A program made the translations under genes and the position numbers. A DNA stretch of 64,000 nt from Octopus sinensis (lineage: Eukaryota). Location: positions 56,544,001 through 56,608,000 of the forward strand of contig NC_043009.1 in the NCBI RefSeq assembly GCF_006345805.1, given 5' to 3'. Every line of letters begins with the position of its first letter. Position 1 is the first letter of the stretch. Under the pieces are notes generated by a model. It saw only the letters and a program-made list of their open reading frames with translations, was not told the origin of the DNA and searched no databases. This document shows, in pieces, positions 1-12,566 of the stretch.

Positions 1-429
1 TATCAAATCCACTTACAAAGCATTGACCCGGCCCACGGCCATAGCAGAAAAACACTTGCTCAAGGTGCCGTACATTGAAACTGAACTCGAAAATACGTGG
101 TTGCGAATGGAACTTCTTAACTATATAGCCATGCTTGCGCCTGGTTCGTCTGTATTTTAAGTCTCTCCAAATCTCGCTATTGCCTACGTAATTCCTATTT
201 CCCCACTTTCTTTCCTCCTATAAACAGTTTCTATGAATCATTGGTTTCAAAAATTCGATATTCGATTTATTATTATTTAATTAATTAGCGGTGAGTAATG
301 ATTTCAAGGATATTTAGCTGCAATTTGTAGCAGGTCGAGCGACCACGTAGGATATTTCCTTGTTGACTCATAAGCAAGCATTTACTAAATAAACGAATAA
401 AGGGTTTCGATCCTCGCTCGTATTTATAC

Positions 430-623
430 GCACGCGTGCATATTTGTCCCATAGCAACCGTAGTCAGAGGCAACAGCAACAATAACATTGAACGCATGTG
501 TTTTTTTCCCAATCTACAGAGTGGGTCAATCCCAAAGTACTGCATAATTACCGTAACATCAGACGGATAAAACAGCGTTGTCTTGCAGTAGCCTCACAAA
601 TCACAACATTACATAAAGTAAGA
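430..623 (+). promoter_or_regulatory. Candidate ARMC3 promoter (RFX X-box) and non-coding first exon
   Basis: GTCCCATAGCAAC at 446-458 resembles an RFX X-box; locally CpG-rich; donor-like AAA|GTAAGA at 618; the ATG exon needs an upstream exon. Confidence 0.45.
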
Positions 624-826
624 ATATTATCATTAGTTTTATTTCGATTTTTTCCCGTTTATTTTTGCTTCTCACGACAGGTTTCCTTTCAACTCAGGGT
701 TGAAAACAAAACCAGTGAACTCGTTAACGTCAGGAACACTCTATCGTCTTTCTATCTGCGCATCCTCTCGGTCTATATGTATATGCGTTTGTGTGAGAAT
801 TTGCTTGTACATTCGGACATGTGCCT

Positions 827-978
827 GATACATACATACATACATACATACATACATACATACATACACACATACATCATACATACATACACACACACAT
901 ACATACATACACACACATACACACATACATACACACATACACACACACATTCACACATACATACATACATACATACAT

Positions 979-1010
<32 letters not shown>

Positions 1011-1067
1011 TACATACATACATACATACATACATACATACATACATACACACATACACACATACAC

Positions 1068-1106
<39 letters not shown>

Positions 1107-1118
1107 TACATACATACA

Positions 1119-1147
<29 letters not shown>
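827..1147. repeat. (TACA)n/(CA)n microsatellite
   Basis: Directly visible. Confidence 0.97.
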
Positions 1148-1149
<2 letters not shown>

Positions 1150-1212
1150 GGGTATGGTGAGGTAAACAAAAACAAAATAGAACTCAAAATATGAGTACAT
1201 GTATTTTTTTTT

Positions 1213-1324
1213 GGCGGAGGTAAAGAAAACGCACACCACCCGTTTTCGGCGTAAACCTAACCCTAAACGTAACCCTAACCCTAAACGCCGAAAACTGATG
1301 ATGTGCGTATTCTTTACTTTCGCC
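1213..1324. repeat. Inverted repeat (~40 bp arms) enclosing telomere-like CCCTAA units; MITE-like
   Basis: ggcggaggtaaagaaaacgcac...ttttcggcgt pairs with acgccgaaaa...gtgcgtattctttactttcgcc; the loop contains cctaaccctaa twice. Confidence 0.75.
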
Positions 1325-1496
1325 ATTTTTGTAAATATTTAGCAGAAGCAACAGAGTGACTCAAAGTCTGAGAGTTTCGTGCGTTAGCACTTATCGGTAA
1401 TAGTGTCAACGCACTAAATTCTTATTAATAAGTGCCAAAGCACGAAACTCTCGGACCATGAGTCACTCTGTTGCTTCTGCTAAATATTAATAAGAA

Positions 1497-1704
1497 TACA
1501 CACACACACACGCACACACACACACACACACACGCACGCACACACACACAAACACACAAACACGCACGCACACGCACACACACACCACACACACGCACGC
1601 ACACACAAACACACACACACACAAACACACGCACACACACACAAACACACACACACAAACACACGCACACACACACAAACACACACACACACACACACGC
1701 ACAC

Positions 1705-1740
<36 letters not shown>
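1497..1740. repeat. (CA)n compound microsatellite
   Basis: Directly visible. Confidence 0.97.
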
Positions 1741-1742
<2 letters not shown>

Positions 1743-2357
1743 ATGTCTGTATCTGTCAAGCACATACCGAAGCAAATTCTCAATGCAATGCAATAAATTT
1801 ACAGCAAAAGGTATTGTGATTACGAAAGACAATATATAAAAATTATTTTAACAAAACACATTTACTTTTGAGTTCAGTGCCACTGGGCAGCACCTTGGGC
1901 AAGTATTTTTTTCTATAGTCCTGGACTGACTAATGCCTGTGTGGAAGCCCATCATATATATATGTGTGTGTGTGTGTCTTTTCGTTCGTTTCTCAACCCT
2001 GTGCCTGGCATCCAATTTTTATTATGTCCTCGTAACTTAACAGTTTGGCAAAAGAAACCAATAGAATATGTTCCAGATTTAAAAAATAAGTACTGTGTGT
2101 GTGTGTATAAGCGTGTTTGAATTTCCTTGTTTTGACATTGAATGACAGTTGTAAATTATTGCCACAGTCATTCAAGGAGTGTCCTTCATTTCTGATATTC
2201 TGAGAAAATGTCTGGACATAAGAAATATTACCTTACTCAAAACAGATAAGAGTTGGTGATAAGAAGAGCACCTATTCATTAAAAAGAAAACAAAAACAAA
2301 AAAAAAAACTAGCCCAATGAATTACATCTGATACTTGCAAGCATGGAAAAATGGATA

Positions 2358-2584
2358 TTAACCCTTTAGTGTTCAGATTATTCAATCAAACATAATGCTT
2401 ATTGATTCCCATTGATTTGAATTAATCATGCATTATCTCATATCTTCAAGATCTTGATGGTGTAATTACTTAATGTAGAATAACATTGTAGGGTAGGTGT
2501 GAGAGGCTGGATCTGGTCAGTTTGAACATAAAACAGATTAGCTATTTTGGCCGGATATGGCCGGTTTAAATACTAAAGGGTTAA
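2358..2584. mobile_element. piggyBac-type MITE
   Basis: TTAA|CCCTTTAG ... CTAAAGGG|TTAA termini. Confidence 0.7.
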
Positions 2585-3189
2585 AACAATAATGCTAGAA
2601 CTTTCCTTTCCATCAATTTAGTCTGGAGGAATGGGATAGTATTCATGGCCTTTGTAGGTCTTTCAAGACCAATGAAATCAGCACAGTTAATGTTCTTATT
2701 GAATAGTTGCAAGCTGGCAGCTGCAGGAAAAACAGAGACTTCAAGAGGGCCCGGCATTCTGGCGAAAAGGATTGGGCATTGGGGTTAGTGCAGGGCTTTG
2801 GAGGGTAGATATAAAATAGCTAACAAGAAGAAAACAGACGAGTGAGTCAGGAGTGCCTGAGTTAAGGTGACACAAGATCAACCAGCTGTGAGAAGCAGAG
2901 GCCATATTAGTAGCAGTAGAAAAAAGATTAAAAAAGAAAAAAAATAAAGACAGAAGCAGAGGAGACAGCATGTTTGTGAGCCAGAGGTTATTGATGATTA
3001 ACTGCATGCCAGTCAGCTGGGTGGTTTGTTTTTTGACACCCCCATCTATTAGCTGCATTTCCTCTCATCTGATCATTTTCTTACTTTAGTGATGAAAAGC
3101 TGTAGTTAATCCAGGTGGAATATGAGCCACAGAATACTTTCAAATCTTCCTAGGGTTTTAGCCATCTGTTGGTTCAAAAATGATTATAA

Positions 3190-3600
3190 GCACAGGAGTG
3201 GCTGTGTGGTAAGTAGCTTGCTTACCAACCACATGGTTCCAGGTTCACTCCCACTGTGTGGCACCTTGGGTAAGTGTCTTCTACTATAGCCTCGGGGCGA
3301 CCAAAGCCTTGTGAGTGGATTTGGTTGACGGAAACTGAAAGAAGCCCGTCGTATATATGCATATATATATGTATGTGTGTGTGTATGTTTGTGTGTCTGT
3401 GTTTGTCCCCCCAACATCTCTTGACAACCAATGGTGGTGTGTTTATGTCCCCGTAACTTAGCGGTTCGGCAAAAGAGACTGATAGAATAAGTACTAGGCT
3501 ACCAAAGAATAAGTCCTGGGGTCAATTTGCTCGACTAAAGGCGGTGCTCCAGCATGGCCGCAGTCAAATGATTGAAACAAGTAAAAGAGTAAAGAGAGAG
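3190..3600 (+). mobile_element. tRNA-derived SINE (partial second copy at 3706-3920)
   Basis: A/B-box-like head (tggctgtgtggtaag...ggttcactcccac), internal microsatellite, gtaaaaga tail; near-identical copy at 32514-32918. Confidence 0.8.
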
Positions 3601-4578
3601 AGAGAGTATATCTTTGTAATTAAAATTAAACTTGAAAAAAAGGTTGTTCTTATTTGCGAAATAAAAGTAGTTCTAAATGATTAAAGATCATTAATGATTA
3701 AAGATCTGTGTGTCTGTGTTTGTCCCCCTAGCATTGCTTGACAACCGATGCTGGTGTGTTTACATCCCCGTCACTTAGCGGTTCGGCAAAAGAGACCGAT
3801 AGAATAAGTACTAGGCTTACAAAGAGTAAGTCCCAGGGTCGATTTGCTCGACTAAAGGCGGTGCTCCAGCATGGCCGCAGTCAAATGACTGAAACAGGTA
3901 AAAGAGTAAAAGAGTAAAAAGAGATATAATTATTGCTGTTGAAGATAAAAGTTATATGTTAATGTGTGACTAAAGTAAAGATTAAAAGAAATTATTATTA
4001 TTATTTTTAATTTTGGCACAAGGCCAGTAGTTTTGAGTGAAGAGGGCAAGTCGATCATACCAATACAGTACCTGAATGGTCCTTGATTTTATTGACCCCC
4101 AAAAGGATAAAAGGCAAAGTTAACCTTGGTGGAATTTGAACTCACAATATGAAGAATTGTGAACCATTGCCATCCTATAAGCAGTATCCTTCATTCCCAA
4201 TCTTCCATGAGGATTGTCTGGCCATGGGTTATTATGATCTTGTTTGGAAAATAGTGAGGGTTGGCAATAGGGGAGACATCTGGTTATAGAAAATTTTCTG
4301 TGGTGAATTTCGTCTGATCCATGCAAACATGGAAAAGAGGACATCGAGATGATAATGATTATGATGATGATGACAATGATAATGATGTTGATGATTTTCT
4401 GCGAAATATTTTTAACTGGAATTTATTCACATTTGCTTCAGTAAATTCCTTGCTCTCTTTAAATTTCTTGTTTTATTTTGGTTTTTGAAAACTAACTAGA
4501 TATTTTTTCAGTAACTCATACTCTCTTCTTTGCTACACATTTTGTTTTTCAGTCAACTTTTTTTTATAAACCTTCAGT

Positions 4579-4626
4579 ATGGTAAAAAAGGGAAAGAAAG
4601 AAGATAAGCTTCCAGCTGAAGATTTC
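4579..4626 (+). CDS. ARMC3: ARMC3 coding exon 1 (MVKKGKKEDKLPAEDF)
   Basis: Acceptor ttcag ends at 4577, ATG at 4579, donor gtaagt at 4627. The acceptor implies an upstream 5'UTR exon. Confidence 0.85.
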
Positions 4627-4878
4627 GTAAGTTGACATTCATTTTTAATTTGTGCATATCACTAACTTGTAACTTTTCTATCCAACATGTCTCTTTCCGA
4701 AAACCATAGATTACTTTTCCATAGTCATTGCTTTTTAATAATCTTACTTCCCTTTGAAAATATATTTACAACTAAATTTACTTTGAACAAGATCCTTAAA
4801 GACTCATATTTTTTTCAATGTGGTTGTTTTAGGAACTAAAAGCAGGTATGACCATACACACATGCACGCACATGCCTG

Positions 4879-4929
<51 letters not shown>

Positions 4930-7900
4930 TTATGAAGAAGAGGGTTCCTATTGATTTGATCAATGGAACAGCTTGCTCATGAAATTAATGTTCAAGTGGC
5001 TGAGTATTCCACAGATATGTGTATCCTAAGGGACCAAGATGAATGGCACTGCAGTTCATCCACAACCCATCTTATGGCACCTACTCTTCAATAAATCTTC
5101 TATGTCACCCTATTTTCTTCACTTACCCCTACATTGAACTGATATCTGCTATGTCCGACTCATTCTATATCTTTAATCAACATAGAAAAAGGGACTTTAT
5201 ATGATAATGATGATGAAGATATATTCAATGTATGTATGTATGTGTGTGTATATATATATATATATATATTCAAATATGTATGTATGTGTGTGTGTATATA
5301 TATATATATATATGAGTGAGTGGGCAAATGAAAGAATGGCACTCAACCACTTTATTGGGAGTTACATGTAGAGATCAAAACAGTTTGATTCAAATTCATT
5401 GGTACTCTTGAGCTTCAAGTGTGATGCTAGTCATCAGCCATTTTGGATTTGGATTTTCCAACTAACTGTTAGCCATATACCAACATCAAACTACAACACC
5501 GCGTGACCTTCGCCAACCAATCACAGCCACCTTACGATAATAACAATCAACTTCTGTCATTCAAATTCAAAATGGCTGACAACTAGCATCATGCTTGAAA
5601 CTCAAATGGTTTTACAGGGTCAATAATTAAAGTACCAGTTAAGTACTGGAGCTAAATTTTCCCTTTTGCACTCTCGTACTCTCTCCTGTCTCTATCTATA
5701 TTTCTCTCCACCAGTCTCTCTTTCTCTCTATTAATCTCTCTTTCTACGTATCTTTCTTTCTCCCCCTACCTCTCTCCCTCTCAAAATCAATATTCTGTTG
5801 ACCTTGGATGCATGAAAGCAATATTCAACTTTGTGGGGTTTGAAACAGAGCCTATAAAACATCATATATAAATACTGCCAAGCATTTAGTCTGCTCCCTA
5901 CTGGCTCTATCACTTCATATAGTGTTGAGATTAAAAAGGTTAAATGTTTTTCCTTGATATGAAATAAATCATGAAATAAATTGTTAATCGTTTGAAATCT
6001 GCCAAAAAGGTCCTCTAAAGCACTTGTAGTGGCACAAGCAGTCAGCGCCATATTGGATGAGATCTCGCGGCTGTGAGACCTCACTTGCATCCATTTGCCA
6101 TGTGCACGATTACAACGAGGGAAACTCTATATAAAGGGAAAACCCGGTTCAAATCTCTGTCTTTGGTGCCACCGCATAGCAGTGCTTGCTGAACCCCACG
6201 ACTGGCTTTCTACATGTGTATCTCCAGAGGCAATGTGCTCGCACTATTGGAGCTACTACACAATGCACACAGCTTAAGATGGTAGCTGAGAGCAGCACAC
6301 TACACCTATCCTGTGAAACCTGTAAATAAACCTGTTGTAAATAGCATTTGTACTTGAAGTCTTCTCTCTTTGCTTGCTGAAAGCCTGAACTACATGAAGA
6401 ACAAAAGATGATGGAAAAAGATGATATTCTTTCGATATCATAAACCTTGCCTTCCATTATAAAATAGTGATCCCTGACGTAGAAAAGGTTTTTCGACAGT
6501 CATAAGCTTCATCGTATAAATGCCTCAGCCGAATCACGGAGTGGTGGTTTTCACTCGTTTCCAACTGGTAAACACAGCAATGGCCACAACTTCCAGTCAT
6601 CATTCCTGGCGCCACATTTGAATTGCACCACGTGAAAACGGAAGTTTTTACTGGTTGCATGGCATTTTCTGGTGATTTTTTTTTTCAACTGACAAAAAAA
6701 AAACAAATGCTGGTTGGACTGTTTTTCGTGCTGAAGAACAAACTTCTCACAGCATCTCTCCTAGCTTCATCGTGTCTAGGATGCAAAAGTCTATTGCTTA
6801 CGGCACTGCATCGGACACAGCAATTGCTGCTGTTATCTTTCTTCCTCAATCGTGCATTATATTGCATTTCTCTTGGTTTTTTTTCACTTTCCTTTGCATA
6901 TCATTTCCTTTTTCAGGACTCCACCGATGTACGTACATATTTTTGAATATTGTGTATATTATATGCTAACTTGTTTCAATATTCATACACACATGCACCA
7001 CATTCTAATATTGCAGTTGCTTTCTTATTGCTCTTGCATGCTAGCACCTTCAATACCTGCAAGTGAGCCACCACTCTTGCAGTCTTACAACACTAGCCTC
7101 TGCAAGCGACCTACCAGTCTTGCAGGCTAACAACATTTTGTTTTTCAACTGCAAGCGACTCACTGCCCTTGCAGGCAAATACTTGGCACTGTTCATGTCT
7201 CAGCAGCCAACATTGCATCTCAAACACTTTGATTCTTGCATCCTGTGATTTCCAGTTTCCCGGACAGTTGTTATCACACTTGCATGTCAGACATTCTGTG
7301 TCTCAGAACTTTGTTTTAACCTTTGCCTTTTCATGCATGTTTTGTGCATATTCTGCAATTCTGCATACTGCCTCAGCTTTGCACCGTCTGGTACAACCAC
7401 CTACACATGCACCTTTGACCAAGCCTAGACCTACACCTTCATTGCCACTGCCTAACATGAACAAACCCTATGTCACCAGGACTGGCCGCACTGTGCATTG
7501 GCCTAAAAAACTCACTAAAACTATTTATATCTGACAATCTCTTTTGTGTTTCCTGTGACAGACAATTGCTTTCTTTTGTTACTGGACAGTTCCAATACTC
7601 TGCCATTGAACGTTTTGTCAAATTTTGTGCATGCCAATTTATATTTCTTGCAGTCCTTTTTCTATTTGACTTGTCACATTTTTGTACCATATCTTGTTGG
7701 TTGCGATCAGTTACCATCTTTGATCTTTCTTATTCCTGCTCCAATTATTCTGTTTTCATACTTCTGGACTCAGCGAGGAGCCCTTATAGTGGAACAAGCA
7801 GTCAGTGCCATATTGGATGAGATCTTGCGGCAGTGATTGCCATCTCCGAGACTGGAGTGAGACCTCACTTGCATCCATTTGCCATGCATGAGATCACAAC

Positions 7901-9525
7901 GAAGCTCGCATTGGAAAACTATATATAAAGGAAAAACCCGATTTAAGTCTGTCTTTGGTGCCACCGCACAGCAGTGCTTGCTGAACGCCACCACTGGCTT
8001 TCTGCATGTGTATCTCCAGAGGCAATGTGCCTGCACTAACGGAGCTACTACACTACACACAGAGCTTAAGATGGTAGCTGAGAGCAGCACACTTCACCTA
8101 TTCTGTGAATCCTGTAAATAAACCAGTTGTAAATAGCATTTGTACTTGAAGTCTTCTCTCTTCACCTGCCGAAAGTCTGAACTACATGAAGAACAAAAGA
8201 TGATGGAAGAAGATGATATTCTTCTGATATCGTAAACCTTGCCTTCCATTATACACTATATAAAACCCTTTTGTTACCATATTTCTGACTAATTACACTG
8301 CATTTGTTTCAATTAATTTTGAAAATAATGAAGTATTTAGTAAAATGACTTTGTCATCTTTACATTGGTATTTGGAATGTAAATTAAGATGAAATTTTCA
8401 AGGAAGGATTTAATTTAGATCATCTTAAAACAGGAAGATTGTATCATAGAGCCAGGAGCAGTCTTGAGGTCATATCAAAAGGGATCAAGTATTCATATTT
8501 GATGTCAAGAACTGAGTTTGAGGAATAGTGGGTAAAACAAAAAGATTGGGTATGGTTGGTTCAGTTAGAAAAAACCCCAGTTATTTTGCGAAAATGTTCA
8601 AATGATGTAAGAGCAACTTTTTCAAATAAGTCTATTGAAATTATGGATGTTGCCAGAATTTTAAACAAGGCAAGGTGAGATTCCTTATTATAAAATAGAT
8701 CCACCATTATTCACCTAAGTTATGAAAAATTTCAAAATTAAAATAAATGTTAAATAATAACCTTTTTATTTTTATGAGAAAATCCCAAACAAGGTAAGAA
8801 GCCACTTTTGTTCAGGGGACTATGAAGAAGGAGAAATTAAGATGAAAGGAATTTACTTTAGACCAGAAAGAAGAAGGGGGAAAATAACGAGATGGAAGAA
8901 AGTTCCAAAGTCTGGTAGTCTAAGGAAAAAAGTTATTACTGTATTACAACTTCATTATTTGCGGAAGCTAGACAGCTTTTGGTGGTGGTGGTGGTGGTGA
9001 TGGGTCATTTGAACATTTTAAATCTTACCCCTTTGTGTTTACATATGTGGAGTTCAAATGGGGAAATAATTAATTTGTGACAAATTATCGTTTCAGTTTG
9101 ATCCAATATTGATTGAAAGTAGGCAAGCTGGCACAGCTGTTTTAATGCTTGCCAGTTCTGAAGCTGATGTACAGGCACACGCTTGTGAAGCTATCTATAA
9201 GTTTGTTGTTAAAAGTAAGTAGTTTATTTCTTTCTAAAGTATGTCTTTTTGTTTTTCTTGTGCATGTGCAAGATGAAGGGTGATATGTAATGTTTTGCTT
9301 AGGGACCATCTTATTTTTTTGGGAAGGAGAGACCTCAGAACAGGGATCTCAGAATTATGATACATGTGCGATACACTGAGAGAGACTGTGCTGAAGACTC
9401 CATCGATCAAGGTTAGTATGGCGAAACAGACATTAAGATGGTGGTGGTTGTGGGGATGATGGAAATGATGGCAATAATGGTAGTAATGGTTGTGGTGATG
9501 ATTATGCCATTGGTGGTGGTGATGG

Positions 9526-9561
<36 letters not shown>

Positions 9562-11092
9562 ACACACCACACACACACACACACACAGTGAACAAGAGGA
9601 GACGATGCAAGTTTGAGGGAATTCGAGGGAACATGACAAACTCTCTAGTGCTGATGCCATGATGATAAAATGCACCTAGATCATTCTGTAAAGTGTTTGG
9701 TGTTAGGAAGGGCATCCTGCCATAGAAACAACACCAAAAATTTAGGACATATGAGCAAAATATGGTTTCCTGATCTCTCTAGTGGAGCAGTGACTTTGAG
9801 TAGAAACGAACTTAGACTGTGATGAGCCATCTATCTCATGCTAGCATGAGAAGTGGATGTAAAATCATGACGATGCCAATGATGGTGACAATGATGATGA
9901 TGATGATGATGATGGTGATGATTATGATGATGATAATGATAATGATGGAAGAGGTAGTGATGGTAGTGATGGTGGTAGTGGTGGTGGTTGTGATGGCAGC
10001 TGCAGCAGCAACAGTGATGACAGTATTTGCTACTGAAAATGTTTGATTAATTCCCTATAATACTAATGATGTAGTGTCAGCTTCATTTGTTTATTTCTTA
10101 ATTGTTGTTAACTATCTAATACATATGCATTTCTTTTTCTTTTTTCTGTTTTTAGATGAAGAGAACAAAAAAACACTGTTAGAGCTGAATGCTTGTGAAC
10201 CACTTTTGGAATTGATGAAAAATGAAGATAGGATTGTTCATCGAAACGCCTTGGCAGCACTGGCTACAATGTGTGCACATCGTATGTTTATTTGACCGTT
10301 ACCTATTTATTACCACAATATAATAATATAATGGAAGTTCGTTGGGGTTTGACAATGATGTCAGTGACGCCGTAGATGGGAGCGTAACCCAAAGGCAGAC
10401 GCGCAGACGTGGCCACATGTTGGGCGTGTAACAGCAGAAGTAGGGTTGGGGATCCTCTCTTTTTGGGCTTGTCGCTTCTGGTCCAGGCTCTTGAGGCACT
10501 TTTCCTCAAACAGCCTAACACCCTTTTGGACAGCTGGACACCAGGTGCCACAGTCAGAGGCAAGTGATTCCCAGCCATGGGCTGAAATATTGCAGGCCTC
10601 AAGGGAAGTCTTCAAGCTGTCCTTGTATCGCTTCAGTGGCCTTCCAGGACATCTTGCTCCAGAAGCCAGCTCAGAGAAAAAGATCATCTTTGGTAGATGT
10701 GCGTCATCCATTCAGACTACATGTCCAACCCACTGGAGCTGGGCTTTCATGATGAGGGCTTCGATCCCGGGCATTTCGGCATTAGAAAAAGACAACCTTT
10801 GTTTCAAATAGTTTAGCTACTGTAGAATGATTGGCATTAAGTAGGGCATCCAACCATCCAAACAATGGCCAAAACTGACATTGGAGCTTGACATAGTCCA
10901 GTGGCTCATTGGATCCGGTCAAAGTAGCTAACCTATTATTTACATTATTTACATTGGACAGATATGTGTCCTCATCTTGTTTGTTGTTACCAAAAGGTTT
11001 CAACTGATTTACTCTCCAGCCTTCATCAGGTCTCCTGGTAGAATTTTGAACCCAACCCGGGTTCTCATTCCTAAAGTATTTTCTTGCTGATG

Positions 11093-11160
<68 letters not shown>

Positions 11161-11743
11161 TAGTTTTATTTTTATAGCGTGCTTTCACTTCACTACCGAG
11201 CGCAGCTCTGTGTGCCTTGGGTATGTGCTGTGATTTGTTGTGATGCTCTGATGGTTATTGTATGGAAAGTGTTCTGTGTAGGATGTGTGCAGTGCCTAGT
11301 AGTGCAATTTTCTGTATGTTATATGTGTTTGTAAGTCCTGGTGTTTTTGTTATGTATTTGTCTGAATATTTTTTTATCATGCCTAATGCACCTACTATGA
11401 TAGGAATTGTTTATTATTATCATCATTATTATTATTATAATTATTATTATTATTATTATTATCATCATTATTATTATTATAATTATTATTATTATTATTT
11501 CTACAGCACCTTTGCAGCTGTCTTGTGTACTGCAAGGCTAAAATGTCCTCATTGCCTTGAAGTGTCATTCTGTTTTTTTTTAAGGCAATCGGAACCAATA
11601 CTGATGGCAGAATAAGAATCAATGCAAGAAGGTGAAATAGTGATGGTTGCAAGTGTATAATGGAACTAACAGTGTAGAAGAGCAATGAAAGAGATATGGT
11701 GATGGCAGGGTGTAATGGAAGAGAGACAGTGATGGCAGGAGGT

Positions 11744-11777
<34 letters not shown>

Positions 11778-12533
11778 AGAGAGAGATTTTAGAAATATTT
11801 ACAGTGGAAATGTAAAAAATACATGATATTTTAAATTTCTGTTTCAAATTTTAAATTATATTCCATTATACAGCTGATGTTCGTAAAGTGTTGAGAAAAA
11901 GGAAAGACTGTGTACCAACTTTCATTTCACTTCTTCAGTCTGAAGGTAATAAAGTAGTTTCGATATATTATCATACATATATTTCGTTACACTGCCATAA
12001 TCAGTTTTCATTTGACAACACCATATCTTATAGAATATTAAGGACTGATAATTTTTCTATACTATTTATTGAACATAACAAAACCATAACAAAGCCAGTA
12101 ACTATCACACCACTATTACCCAGCAACCAAATTCTTATATGTCAGTCCCAGATATTATATATATATATATATATAATATCTGGTGCTAGGGAGAGCATCC
12201 AGCTGTAGAAACTCTGCCAGATCAGGATTGGAGCCTGGTGCAGCCATCTGGTTTGCCAGTCCTCAGTCAAATCGTCCATGGAAAGCGGATGTTAAACGAT
12301 GATGATGATGATGATGATATATATATATATATATATATAGGTCCCTGTCATTCGTCAACAAGGTGCTGGTGGCACGTAAAAGCATCCACTACACTCTCAG
12401 AGTGGTTGGCGTTAGGAAGGACATCCAGCTGTAGAAACTCTGCCAGATCAGCTTGGAGCCTGATGCAGCCATCTGGTTCGCCAGACCTCAGTCAAATTGT
12501 CCAACCCATGCTAGCATGGAAAGTGGGCATTAA

Positions 12534-12566
<33 letters not shown>

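Noticed and set aside
285-545. 86-aa minus-strand ORF as a divergent gene
   Set aside because: No recognisable homology or splice structure; it overlaps the candidate promoter.
498-1839. Overlapping ORFs rich in HTYI, VCMY or CV
   Set aside because: Translations of (TACA)n and (CA)n microsatellites with no domain content.
9819-10046. Poly-Met/Val ORFs
   Set aside because: Translations of (GAT)n and (GGT)n microsatellites.
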